A stretch of DNA of 64,000 bases from Squalus acanthias (taxonomy: Eukaryota): NCBI GenBank assembly GCA_030390025.1, contig CM059432.1, forward strand, positions 146,074,001 to 146,138,000, given 5' to 3'. The notes beneath the pieces were generated by a model. The model saw nothing but the letters and a program-made list of their open reading frames with translations. It made no database searches and was not told the DNA's origin. Numbering within the stretch: the stretch's first letter is position 1; each line of letters starts with the position of its first letter. The position numbers and the translations under genes were made by a program. Positions 11,985 to 23,374 of this stretch are shown here, in pieces.

Positions 11985-14655
11985 ACCAAAGGAGTCAATT
12001 ACTGCTGTAAGGAGGGATGATATCTTAGCAGGTTCCTCTAATGAGGCCATATGGGTAGAACTTAAAAACAAAAAGGGGGCAAGCACTTTGCTGGGAGTGT
12101 ACTATAGGCCCCCAAACAGTCAGGGGGAGATAGAGGAACAGATATTTAGGCAAATCTCAGAGAAGTGTAGAAATAATAGGGTAATAATAGTAGGGGATTT
12201 CAACTTCCCCAATATTAACTGGGATAGTCAGAGTGTGAAAGGCTTAGAGGGTGTGGAATTCTTAAAGTGTATCCAGGAGAGCTTTTTGAGCCAGCATGTA
12301 GAAAGTCCTACAAGAGAGGGGGCGGTACTGGACCTAATTCTAGGGAATGTCGCCGGGCAAGTGGTAGATGTGTCAGTAGGAGAGCATTTTGGTGACAGTG
12401 ACCATAATTCGGTGAGATTTAAGGTAGTCATGGAAAAGGACAAAGATGGACTGGAAATAAAGGTTCTAAATTGAGGGAAGGCCGATTTTAATATGGTAAG
12501 GCAGGATCTGGCCAAAATGAACTGGGATCAGCGACTTGTAGGAAAATCCACATCAAAGCAATGGGAGTCTTTCAGAAAGGAAATAGAGAGAGTACAATGG
12601 CAACATGTTCCCATAAAGGTCAAGGGTGGGACCAACAAGTCCAGGGAACCCTAGATGTCAAGGGATATACAAGAATGGATTAGAAAAAAAAGGGAAGCTT
12701 TTGGCAGATACAAAGGACTAAAAACAGTGGAAGCCCTAGAGGAGTATAGAAAATGCAGAGGGGTACTTAAAAAAGAAATTAGGAGAGCGAAGAGGGGGCA
12801 TGAAAAAACACTGGTGGGCAAAATAAAGGAAAATCCCAAGGTGTTTTATAAGTATATTAAGGGCAAGAGGATAACCAGGGAAAGTGTAGGGCCCATTAGG
12901 GACCAAAGTGGCAATCTGTGTCTAGAGCTGGAAGATGTAGGTGAGGTTTTAAATGAATATTTTGCAGCTGTGTTCACTACGCAGAAGGGTGATATAGGCA
13001 TAGAAATCAAGCAGGGGGATTGTGATATACTTGAACAAATTAGTATTGAGAGGGAGGAGGTACTAGCGGTTTTAGCGGGCTTAAAAGTGGATAAATCCCC
13101 AGGCCTTGACGGGATGTATCCTAGGCTGCTGTGTGAGGCAAGGGAGGAGATTGCAGGTGCTCTGACACAAATTTTCAGAACCTCTCTGGCCACAGGGGAG
13201 GTGCCAGAGGACTGGAGAACAGCTAACGTAGTACCATTGTTCAAGAAGGGTAGTAGGAATAAACCAGGGAATTACAGGCCAGTGAGCCTAACATCAGTGG
13301 TAGGGAAATTATTAGAAAAAATTCTGAGGGACAGAATTAGTCTCCACTTGGAGAGGCAGGGATTAATCAGGGATAGTCAGCATGGCTTTGTCAGGGGGAG
13401 ATCATGTCTGACCAATTTGATTGAATTTTTCGAGGGGGGGTGACTAGGTGTGTGGATGAGGGTAGTGCAGTTGATGTAGTCTACATGGACTTCAGTAAGG
13501 CTTTTGACAAAGTCCCACATGGGAGACTGATCAAGAAGGTAAGAGCCCATGGGGATCCAGGGCAATTTGGCACATTGGATCCAAAATTGGCTTAGTGGCA
13601 GGAGGCAGAGGGTGATGGTCGAAGGTTGTTTTTGTGACTGGAAGCCTGTGTCCAGTGGTGTACCGCAGGGATCGGTGCTGGGTCCTTTGCTGTTTGTAGT
13701 GTACATTAATGATTTAGATATGAATGTAGGAGGTATGATTAGTAAGTTCTCAGATGACACAAAAATTGGTGGAATGGTAAATAGCGAGGAGGGAAGCTTC
13801 AGGCTACAGGACGATATAGACGGGATGGTTAGATGGGCAGAACAGTGGCAAATGGAATTTAACCCTGAAAAGTGTGAGGTGATGCATTGTGGGAGGACAA
13901 ACAAGGCAAGGGAATACACGATGAATGGTAGGACCCTAGGAAGGACGGAGGATCAGAGGGACCTTGGCATGTACATAGATCCTTGAAGGCAGCAGGACAG
14001 GTAGATAAGGTGGTTAAAAAGGCATATGGGATACTTGCCTTCATTAGCTGAGGCATAGACTATAAGAGCAGAGAGGTTATGATGGAGCTGTACAAAATGC
14101 TAGTTAGGCCACAGCTGGAATACTGTGTGCAGTTCTGGTCGCCACACTATAGGAAGGATGTGATTGCATTGGAGAGGGTGCAGAGGAGATTCACCAGGAT
14201 GTTACCTGGGCTGGAGCGCTTCAGCTATGAAGAGAGACTGGACAGGCTGGGGTTGTTTTCCTTAGAGCAGAGAAGGTTGAGGGGGGACCTGATTGAGGTG
14301 TACAAAATTATGAGGGGCATAGATAGGGTAGATAGAAAGGAACTTTCCCCCTTAGTAGAGGGGTCAATAACCAGGGGGCATAGTTTCAAGGTAAGGGGCA
14401 GGAGGTTTAGAGGGGATTTGAGGAAAAAACTTTTCACCCAGAGGGTGGTTGGAACCTGGAACTCACTGCCTGAAAGGGTGGGAGAGGCAGGAACCCTCAC
14501 AACATTCAAGAAGCATTTAGATGAGCACTTGAAATGCCATAGCATACAAGGCTACGGACCAAGTGCTGGAAAATGGGATTAGAATAGACAGGGCTTGATG
14601 GCCGGCGCGGACACGATGGGCCGAAGGGCCTCTTTCTGTGCTGTATAACTCTATC
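11985..14655 (+). mobile_element. Long, relatively young CR1 LINE (most of ORF2: endonuclease + reverse transcriptase), defective
   Basis: [35 protein letters not shown] motifs over ORFs 12088..14582; stops at 12474 and near 12654, frameshift at the G run near 13440; 3' UTR tail. Flanked by pieces of an older CR1 (11770-11985, 14670-14864, 16453-16515). Confidence 0.92.
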
Positions 14656-14864
14656 AAATAATTAGCTCCAAGTACTAGGGTTATTTAACTTTGTGGAAAC
14701 ACAGGCTTAAAGGGGAAATGATTGAAGCTTTTTAAATGATGAAGGGATTAGATACAGTCCAGGCAGATAGGTTACTTGAAATGGACTAGAGTCCTGCCAA
14801 TAAAATCCTTGGGCAAAGAGTCAGGTTAAATGTCAAAGGGTATTTCTTTTTGCAGAGACTCATT

Positions 14865-16452
14865 GGGCTGGATTCTGTCAGCCCCGAGGAGGTGGGTTTG
14901 GAGGCGTGTAAGGTGGTAAAGTTGCAGAAAGTGGGGGCGGATGGCAAACCCATACCCATCCCGCCTCTGTGCCCTTTTGCCAGGAGGCGGGAAGATGTCC
15001 TGCTTTGGGTCCCGTCTCCTCGAGGTGGGAAAGGGATTAAATTCTTTTAACTGCCTGTTAACAGGCAGAAAAAAGGATTAGTGCCATTTTACCTTTTCAG
15101 GTGGAGGCTTCCCGACCTTGGAGAACCCCGCCGGGTTGGAAGAGTCGAGTAGGAGGTCTGCGGGGGTCAGAGGGGCCTGAAAGTAAGATGTAGAGGTGAG
15201 TGATGGGTGCAAGTGTGGAGTGGTAAGTATGTAAGGTGAGTGTTAAGTGTTAAAAAATGTTCACTTACCTTGTTTTCTGCCTACAGCCTTCAGCCTTCAT
15301 CCGCTCTGGATCGGGAGTCCCGACATCTTCCTTGTCGATTTCACAGACTGGCTGTTGGATCCTCCGAACCAACAGTCATCTGAAATCTACAAAGTTGAAA
15401 GCTTTGATGAGTCCTGAACACAAGGGCCCAGAAATTGATCTCGCTCTGTTCCCGCGGGGGTAAGCCTTCCCCGCGATGTCTCACCTCGCTTATGCTTTTT
15501 CAGATCCAGCTCGCACAAACTTGATGTTCCAGACATCAGCTGTGCTGGGCTTGCGTATCCCAGCGGCGTAGTGAATTCGTGCGAGCTGTGGGATCACGTG
15601 ACTCAGTTAGAGCCAATGGCAGCACACCATCTTCCATTCATAAGTCTCACAGCATGGCTGTGAAATCTATGAATCTTACACCCCCCCAAAATAACAGCTA
15701 AACCTCAATTAAATTTTAAAAAAAACCCATCACATTAATAAAATAAGTATAGTTAATTAAATTAACCATTTTAAATAAAAAGTTAAATTTTTGAAAAAAT
15801 TTAAAATCTTTTAAAAAGTTATAAAAATAAACTTACCTGTCTTTAAAGTCTCTAAAAAAGATATACCTGTAAAAAAAAATTCAAAAAAATACTTAATTCA
15901 CTACTTACCTTCTTAAAAGCGGGTCTTACTCCTCCTTTTTACATTTCCAAAATCTTCCCTACTTACCTGCGCGTCCAAAGCATGAAGTGCACAGCGTGCG
16001 CGCAGCCTGTAGCGCGCACGCGATGCACCCAGGCCCCGCCCCCTTTTCAGAAGAGCAATTGCCGGTTTTCAGCGCATGCGCAGGGCATGCAGAAAACCGG
16101 CAATTGGAGTGGGAATACGCGAGAGTACGCAGTGCGTACTCTCGCGTCCCGCGATCAATTTTCGGCCCAAGGTCTCATCAAACTACACAGAATGTCAGTG
16201 TTTGACAGCTTCACAGAGCTGTCAAACGCTGACATTTCTTCTTTCAAGAAGTCTTGACAGATGGCACGTCAGACGTTGACGTGCTCTGTCAGTGACTTCC
16301 CCCTAATTGGCCTGCTGAGCCCGCAGGGCGGGCTTAACAAGGTCAATCAGGGGAAACTCCTGCTGGTTGGCCAGAAGATGATGGAGGCGGGACTGAGACC
16401 CGGCAAGCAGCAGTCCTGCCTCCAACTCCTCTCCATTGACAAAATCCAGCCC
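14865..16452 (+). mobile_element. Harbinger-type MITE family A, copy 1 (contains nested MITE)
   Basis: TIRs GGGCTGGATTCTGTCA / TGACAAAATCCAGCCC; colinear with 50856-51702 and 58366-59186; flanks ATT/ATC. Confidence 0.85.
15425..16168. mobile_element. Harbinger-type MITE nested in MITE A copy 1
   Basis: Imperfect TIRs GGCCCAGAAATTGATC / GATCAATTTTCGGCCC, AAG duplication; absent from the copy at 58366-59186 (empty site near 58625); AT-rich core. Confidence 0.8.
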
Positions 16453-17477
16453 ATCACCTTCTGGAACAAACTAATGACATGTGGTGAGTCTGGTGCTGCT
16501 GCAATCCTTTAAAAAGTAACCCGGCAACTTGGCTTTTCCTCCCATTGGCAGGCTCGCAGCAAAAGTGAAACGGCAACTAGCCAACCAGAATTTCTTTCCA
16601 GAATTCTCAATCGCCAGGCAGGGCAGTTTGGAGTACAGAAATCACCCTTCATTGGCTTATTGCTGCTGGGGCGGGGGGGAGGGAAATACAGCTCTGGGGC
16701 CAGTTTTTAAACCAGTTAAAGGGCAACATCACTTCACAGCAAGATGGCAGATGGAGCAGCAGCAGAGGGCAGAAGGCTCCATCGGAGAGTGGTGGAGGTT
16801 GTCAGGAAAGGTGTGGCAGAAACAGTCAATGCAACCTCCACCACCCCCCCCACTCCCCGCCTAAAACTATCACACAATGAAGATATCGGTTCAACAACCT
16901 CACAAGGGTGGCCAAGGTAAAAGACAAGAGCCAGAATTTTCCTGTTGCCATGCGTGCGGGTTTGGAGGCGGGTTGGCTGTGAAAATAGAAAAAAAATAGG
17001 CAGCACGTCGGGAACCCGCCGTCATCTCGCCTCCTCGCGCCTTTAACTCGGGCGCGTGTGCCAGCGCGCCACGGATCCGATCGGGAGAGGCGGGCGACCT
17101 CATTAAACTCATTAAATCCTTGTTATCCGACCCTTAACAGGGTTTTTAACAGCAGCTTCCTGAATTTAACGGCACGAGCACGGGAAGCACTCGGGAACCT
17201 CGCCTGTGAGGGGGAGGCGGAAGTTCAGTGGCCATTGTCCCGAGGACATTAATTGACAGCTGGGAATACCAGATAAATACACACACCTCACACCTCATTA
17301 GTTGCCTGAAGGGAAAGGCTGTTGATGACTCCATTTTGTGCACAGATTTAGATTTCTGGAGTTTGCAGGTCATTTCTGCAGCCTCGGAAGCCACTCTCAG
17401 CACATTGCTACTCACTATCACAACATTGAGGGGTTGGCCCTCTGATCACTACTTGACCTGACATCTATGATATCAGC

Positions 17478-17549
17478 ATGGGTGCTGCTTATACTGTCTT
17501 ACCTCGGTCCTCAGACCAAGATATGCCCCACCACCAACAACACCAACCA

Positions 17550-17583
<34 letters not shown>

Positions 17584-19120
17584 CACATCACCAGCCTTCT
17601 CCTCAACGACCTGATGCTCCACAGCAGAGTGGGGGGCACCACAGGGCTGCAGTGTGCTGTAGGCGATACCCCCAACACAGGGTATACGTGCTCTCGCTCC
17701 AACAAGATCGACCTAACAAGAAGTACCAGAGGAGCCGCCGAGCGGAGCGATCGAAACCGACTGCGTGTGGGGACTCCAGCATCTGCCACATTTGACCCCT
17801 TGTGACCCCACCTCATTGTCTTTGATGTAATGTTTTCCTGACTGACCTGTTTGGACACCATCCACACCTTTGATTGCCGTGATTATCTCTCTGCCGAGGT
17901 GTGATAAAGGGCAGTTAGAAAGATTAACTGTAATCGTCTGGCAGTGTTCTCTGACTATATATGCTGTGCCTATATGCATCTCTTCACTTCACTGACGAAG
18001 GAGCAGCGCTCCGAAAGCTTGTGATTTCAAATAAAGCTGTTGGACTATAACCTGGTGTTGTGCGACTTCTCACAGGGTATACAGGCAGAGGATGAGCTTC
18101 TTCAACATGACTGAGCAGCAATGCTTCAGGAGGCTCAGGCTATCGCGCCAGGTCGTCGCAGACATTTGTAGCTTGCTGGAACAAGTCCTGCTGCCCAGAG
18201 GTCCTGGTGGACACTCTTTGCCAGTGGCTGTTAAAGTCACCACCGCCCTCAACTTCTTCGCCTCAGGCTCCTTCCAGGGATCTGCAGCAAACATTTGCTG
18301 CATCTCGCAGTCGGCCGCCCACAGATGCATCACACAGGTGACCGATGCCATGTTTCACAAGTCAGCCAATTATATCAACTTTGCCACTGATGAAGCCAAT
18401 GTTACAGAGCGGACACTCGGCTTTGTGGCTCTGGCTGGCTTCCCTCAGGTGCAGGGCATCATCGACTGCACACGTGTGGCCATGAAGGCACCCCATCATC
18501 ACCCAGGAGTGTTTGTGAACCGGGGCTTCCACTCCCTCAATGTGCAGCTCGTCTGCAACCATAAAAAGATCATCATGCATGTGTGCGCCAGATTCACTGG
18601 CAGCTGTCTTGACTCTTTCATGCTGCGCCAGTCCACCCTCCCTCAGCTCTTCGCACCTCCAAACAGACTTATCGGCTGGCTACTTGAAGACAAGGGCTAT
18701 CCACTGAAGACGTAGTTCATGACACCCCCGAGGAGACCAAGTACTCAGGCCAAGGAGCGTTACAATGAGAGCCACGTGTCCACCAGATGTGTCATGGAAT
18801 AAGCAATAGGCAAGCTGAAGATGAGCTTCAGATGCCTTGACAGATCTGGAGGAGCCCTTTGGTACGCACCAGCGAGGGTTTCCAGAATCATCGACGTCTG
18901 CTGTGCCCTGCAGAACAAAGCACAGCAGTGAGGATTGGAGTTGCAGGAGAAGCACGGCGCACAGCACACAGCCTCTTCAGAGGAGGAGGAGGAGGAGGAG
19001 GATGAAGAGCAGGTAGAAGACGAGGAGGAGGAGGAAGCTGAGATGCAGATGCCACCAGAAGCGGCACACATTGCTGTCCAGGAGGCCCGGGATAGCCTCA
19101 TCATGGCCAGATTTATTTAA
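17478..19120 (+). pseudogene. HARBI1-like DDE transposase of H-A
   Basis: [30 protein letters not shown] motifs; broken by an insertion (17688-18070) and stops; Q/H-rich N terminus and acidic C terminus. Confidence 0.88.
17688..18070 (+). mobile_element. Penelope-type retroelement 3' fragment inserted in the H-A transposase
   Basis: Flanked by 12-bp direct repeat CACAGGGTATAC; ends with CTGACGAAGGAGCAGCGCTCCGAAAGCTTGTGA...AATAAA...GTTGGACTATAACCTGGTGTTGTG, shared with 54377-54536. Confidence 0.75.
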
Positions 19121-19364
19121 CTTGCTCCAATGCAGCCACATGCCTGCCACATCCTGCACTAAGTTCCCCGCCACCCCCGCCCCCCACCCACAAAACCATA
19201 AAGCACCCTACAATGACCAAGCCATTGCTCTCTCCCAAAGGCCCAATGCTCGAGGTTAAATAATGTTTCACCAGTCACTCCAAGTGACAAAGCCAATTCC
19301 AAGGTTTGAGCCAAAAATGGACAAGACCCGAAATTGGTGCAAAGAAAAATATTTATGTGTACAA

Positions 19365-21293
19365 TCAAAAGAACTGAAACTTAACACTAACAATTGTTGA
19401 GACACCCATGTGATTACCCCTTTGCTTCAACTTTTGTGTCAGTTTTCGTTTGCGAGTGCATCTACGAGGTGTATCCCCTGTGGCTTCAGCAGAGGTAGTT
19501 GAAGACAGCTCACTTCCCTGCTGCGACTGTGTAGACACTTTTGGCGGACATCCTCTGGGTTTTGGAGCCTGTGATGGCCCCACCAAAGTCTGCTCCTGTG
19601 ACTGTGCAAGGGCAGACTCAGCTATCAGGATCCAAGGAAGCACCTGGGGCTCTTACTGAGGGGGAGGCAACAGGTGAGAAGGGGGAGCACTTTGAGAAGA
19701 GCCCCCACTTCCATGTCCATGTCCCCTCTCACCATCATCCCTCTCATGACCCACCCGCACTTCCCTGCTAGCAAGGAGCTGGCGAGCACGTTGCTGCACA
19801 GCAGTGGGGCGATGAAGGCCCAAGTCAACGTTTACATCCCTCCTTGAGAGGAGGTCTATGAGCGCCTGCCATCTGTTGTCCACAGCTAGCATGTGCTCAT
19901 GTGACTGGCGCATTTGCTGCTCCATGCAGGTGGCCATCCTTTCCATGGAAGAGCACAACGTCGCCATCGCCTGCGACACGGTGGTGCTCATGTTGGAGAT
20001 AGACTCCTCCGTTCTCTGCACATTTGCAGACATTGCGGCTGCAAAAGATGCCAGAGCCTCCTGCTTTACTTGCTGCCCCTCCAGGATCGCCCTCCTTCTC
20101 AATGGCCCCCGAGGTTCAGCGTCTGCATGCAGCTCAGCAGAGCTGGGAGCGCCCTGCACCCTCTGGCGAGGAGTCTCCACTGCTGTCCCTGTCAACACCA
20201 TCTGCTCTTGCTCACTTGTGAATTGTCAGACACCAGATGACAACTCTACTCTATGGCGCGAAGGACCCACCGAGGTGTGCGTATCTGCGCTGGTGCTGGG
20301 TGCGCTTGGGTCTGCTGACGGTGCACCCTCAGAGGCTGGAGCTTCCTCTGAGGAGTCGTCTTCCTCCTCTGGCTGGACAGTGGGGTGGGGGGGGGGGGGG
20401 TGGGGGGGCACTTGATGGACCTGTGGGAGAGTAAAGAGATGAATTAGAAGTGTTATGATAAGAATGGATAACGTTACCATTATGCACATGATGACATTTC
20501 ACTGGATGCTGACATGAGTCACCATATGAGTGACTGTTGTATGCCATGTGGCTTTATGAGATGTGATTCTGTCACCAGGTTGCTGGGATGTCCCCCTCTC
20601 TCCGTCTCCCACCGCCAGCGTCTCTCGAGCTCCTGAAATTTCCAGAGCCGCCTCCTCTGCTGCTGTAAGATGTGGAATTACTGGAGGGCCAGCTCCGGTT
20701 CGCCCCCTCTCCCTGTTGTTGAGGGCTCTCTTCTCCTGCAAGGAGGGAAAGAAAAGAAGTTTGAGTGAGAGTGATGGAATGAGTGTAAGGAATGGATAGG
20801 TTACATCTGTAGAGGGTGACTATGAGGGAGTGGGGTGACATTGCCAAATGGCCTCCTTCTGTGGTGTTACTTGCTATGATTGGATTAGGATGAGGGTGAG
20901 TGTGAGGGCTGGTTAGTCACATGGGGATGTGAGTATGTACATCGAGAGAGAGGGATGGGTGGACGTGCAAGGTGTGTTGGTGTGAGGAATGATGTGCAGG
21001 AGTAGGCTTGGGAAGGCAGTGATGGGGATGTGTTGACAAGCACTTCAGGATGTAGGTGAGTGTGGCATTGCACTCACCTTTCCTGACCTCATGAGGTCAC
21101 TGAAGCACTTCCTGCACTGTATCCAGGTCCTCCTGATCACATCCCTGCTTCTCACCTCCTCAGCAATATCCAGCCAGGTTCTCTTTGTGGTTTGTGGAGG
21201 TCTCCTTAGCCTGTCATCAGGGAAGAGGACCTCCCTGCATGCTCTGACAGCCTCGACAAGGAAGGATGCAGCCCTCTGCCTTTGGCTATCCAT
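19365..21293 (-). pseudogene. Myb/SANT (trihelix, NAIF1/MSANTD-like) accessory gene of H-A; exons 21293-21078, 20735-20576, 20420-about 19400
   Basis: W.DIAEEV...RRTWIQCRKCFSDL motif, canonical GT/AG introns, coiled-coil-like third exon; frameshift in the C run near 20390 and a stop at 20226. Confidence 0.8.
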
Positions 21294-22258
21294 ATTTGAA
21301 AAGTTTTAACTCTCTTGTGGCCTTTCTTTCACACCTTCCGCCTCCCCTCTGGAAACCTTCAAGTGAGTTGAGTGCAAGGCTGCTTTAAATATGGGCACTG
21401 GAAACGAGTCATCGATGATGTCATCAGACCCCACAATTTCATAGGGCCGGGAAATGCGCATTACTCTTTCAATTGGGGCCATTAAGTGAAAGTCACTCCG
21501 AGCAGCGCGTTGCTCAGAACGTCGCGTTTCGGACCCACTACGCCGCACGCACCCAACCCGACGCTAAAGTGAAAATTCTGGCCAAGGCTCTGGTGCCGAA
21601 TAACATCTCCCAGCACTCATACCGCTTCACTCGCCTGCAGCTATCTTATTGATTCTCTCTTGGTACCCAGGTATCAGGAAACTAATTTCTGCAAAAGACC
21701 ATCTATTCAAACACTCAAGCATGCTCTTTACTCAAAACCACTCTCTCAACTCACTTTGCCTGCCACAAGGGTTTCTGTTAGTCTCCAAGAACACTTTTTT
21801 TTACATGGACAAGACACCTTCCCCCTCATCATTGTGGCATGCATGACCTCATGTGAGCAAGTCTCCATGACACTCAAAGGCCTGTAATATTGTCTTCTCT
21901 CACTTCACTCGCCTGCAGCTGAGTGGTGGGAGATGTTATTCGGCACCAGAACCTTGGCCAGAATTTTCACCTTAGCGTCGGGTTGGGTGCGTGCGTGCGG
22001 CGTAGAGGGTCCGAAATGCGACGTTCTGAGCAACGCGCTCGCTTCAAAGGAAAAAGGAGTATGCAACCAGTGCCACAGAAGGTCATAGAAGACCACCATC
22101 GCTGAAAACACAGAGGGCTAGAAATTCATTATCGCCAAACAATGGGCAGTATCAGTAGAAAAGTTGGAGAATTAGCACTAGGCGCTAATGCTTTAGACTG
22201 CACGCAAAATTTGTGTTCAATGCTCACAAAAATGATTGGAGTCCTAATTCAAGTCTTA

Positions 22259-23150
22259 GGGGTAAAAATTCACTTGGTTGCGCCTCCCGTTAGCGCCTTA
22301 AGAAGGCGCTAATGGGGCGCAAAGCCGCTAACGCCCGTGCGCAGCGATGTTTGCGCCGCTCGAGAACTTAACTTGAGATTGTGCGGCGGCGCTAACACTT
22401 ACCGCTGCGACCAGCTGCGCGCGCAGATTGTGACGTCATTCCATGGTGCAACGCCCTTGGGGCGCCCCGTAGCAGAAATTGAGTGGCGCCCCCTGCCTTA
22501 CCGCCTGGCGCTTCCAACGACCAGAAGACTGGAACGCTATCAATCGCTGTGGGGCTGGGGGGGCGCTATTTAAAGGGGGCCTCTTCCGGTCTTTTATTGT
22601 TGGTGGCATTTTTGAACTACGCATTCTGAGAGAGAGAGGGAGAGACTTCTGGAGAGATTCAACGTTCTGTGAAGGAGTTTTGGGTACTGAGCAGCACTTT
22701 GCAGGTTCATTTTGATTTGCCATTCCTTGTATCGATTTAGCAGAGAATGTGGGAGCTGCACTCTGAGCTCCTTGCCTGGTACTCTGCATTGTTCTTTCCA
22801 GCACATTTGATGTGCAAGTCTCTCCAGGCCGAGATTCAAGGCAGCAATGAACAGGATGTGGATGGAAAGCAAGATTAACCATCCCCTTTAAGAACTGGCC
22901 CGTGCCATTGTGTGTGTGTTCCATTGCTGACTGACATTACATGAGCTTCGCCAGCGCTCCGAGTTAGCGCCTCACTCCTTGGCCTTTGCGCCTTAAGAGA
23001 CGTGTGCAGCGCCTGCTTTAGCGCTCCACTCACCTCCCGGGGCGGTAAAAGTGAAGTTTCCTGTCAGTGCCGATAATTAGCGCCAGGCGCTAATATTTGC
23101 GTCCGGACGATATTTGCGCCCCAAATGGGGCGCGACCTAATTTCTACCCC
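22259..23150 (+). mobile_element. Harbinger MITE family M, copy 1
   Basis: TIRs GGGGTAAAAATT / AATTTCTACCCC, TTA duplication; colinear with 30662 and 41558 copies. Confidence 0.88.
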
Positions 23151-23374
23151 TTAAAGCCCAAGCTGATTGGCGTTACACTCAAAGGGTGGACCAATATCAG
23201 GTGCAATCTAATCGCAAGTAATGATTGCCACAGGCGTTTTTCACTTCTTAAAGGGGAGGTTCATTGATGCTGCAGCACCTCATTCTCAGCTTTGCTGGCT
23301 GTGCAGCTGCCTCAGCAAGCAGAAGCAGAAGCGGGAGAAGGAGAAGGAGCCGGAGGACTAAACCAGGTGTGCTC

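Larger units (their letters stand above)
16929..21583 (+). mobile_element. Full-length PIF/Harbinger transposon H-A (two convergent genes)
   Basis: TIRs AGCCAGAATTTTC / GAAAATTCTGGCC flanked by AAG; transposase on +, Myb/SANT gene on -. Confidence 0.85.

Noticed and set aside
12228..14545. Minus-strand ORFs over CR1 (and similar ones over L2 and Harbinger)
   Set aside because: Antisense shadows of repeat coding sequence.
22436..22924. Recurrent ORF MEHTHNGTGQFLKG... (also 41784..42059) as a passenger gene of MITE M
   Set aside because: Length differs between copies, no recognisable domain; recurrence is explained by copy identity.
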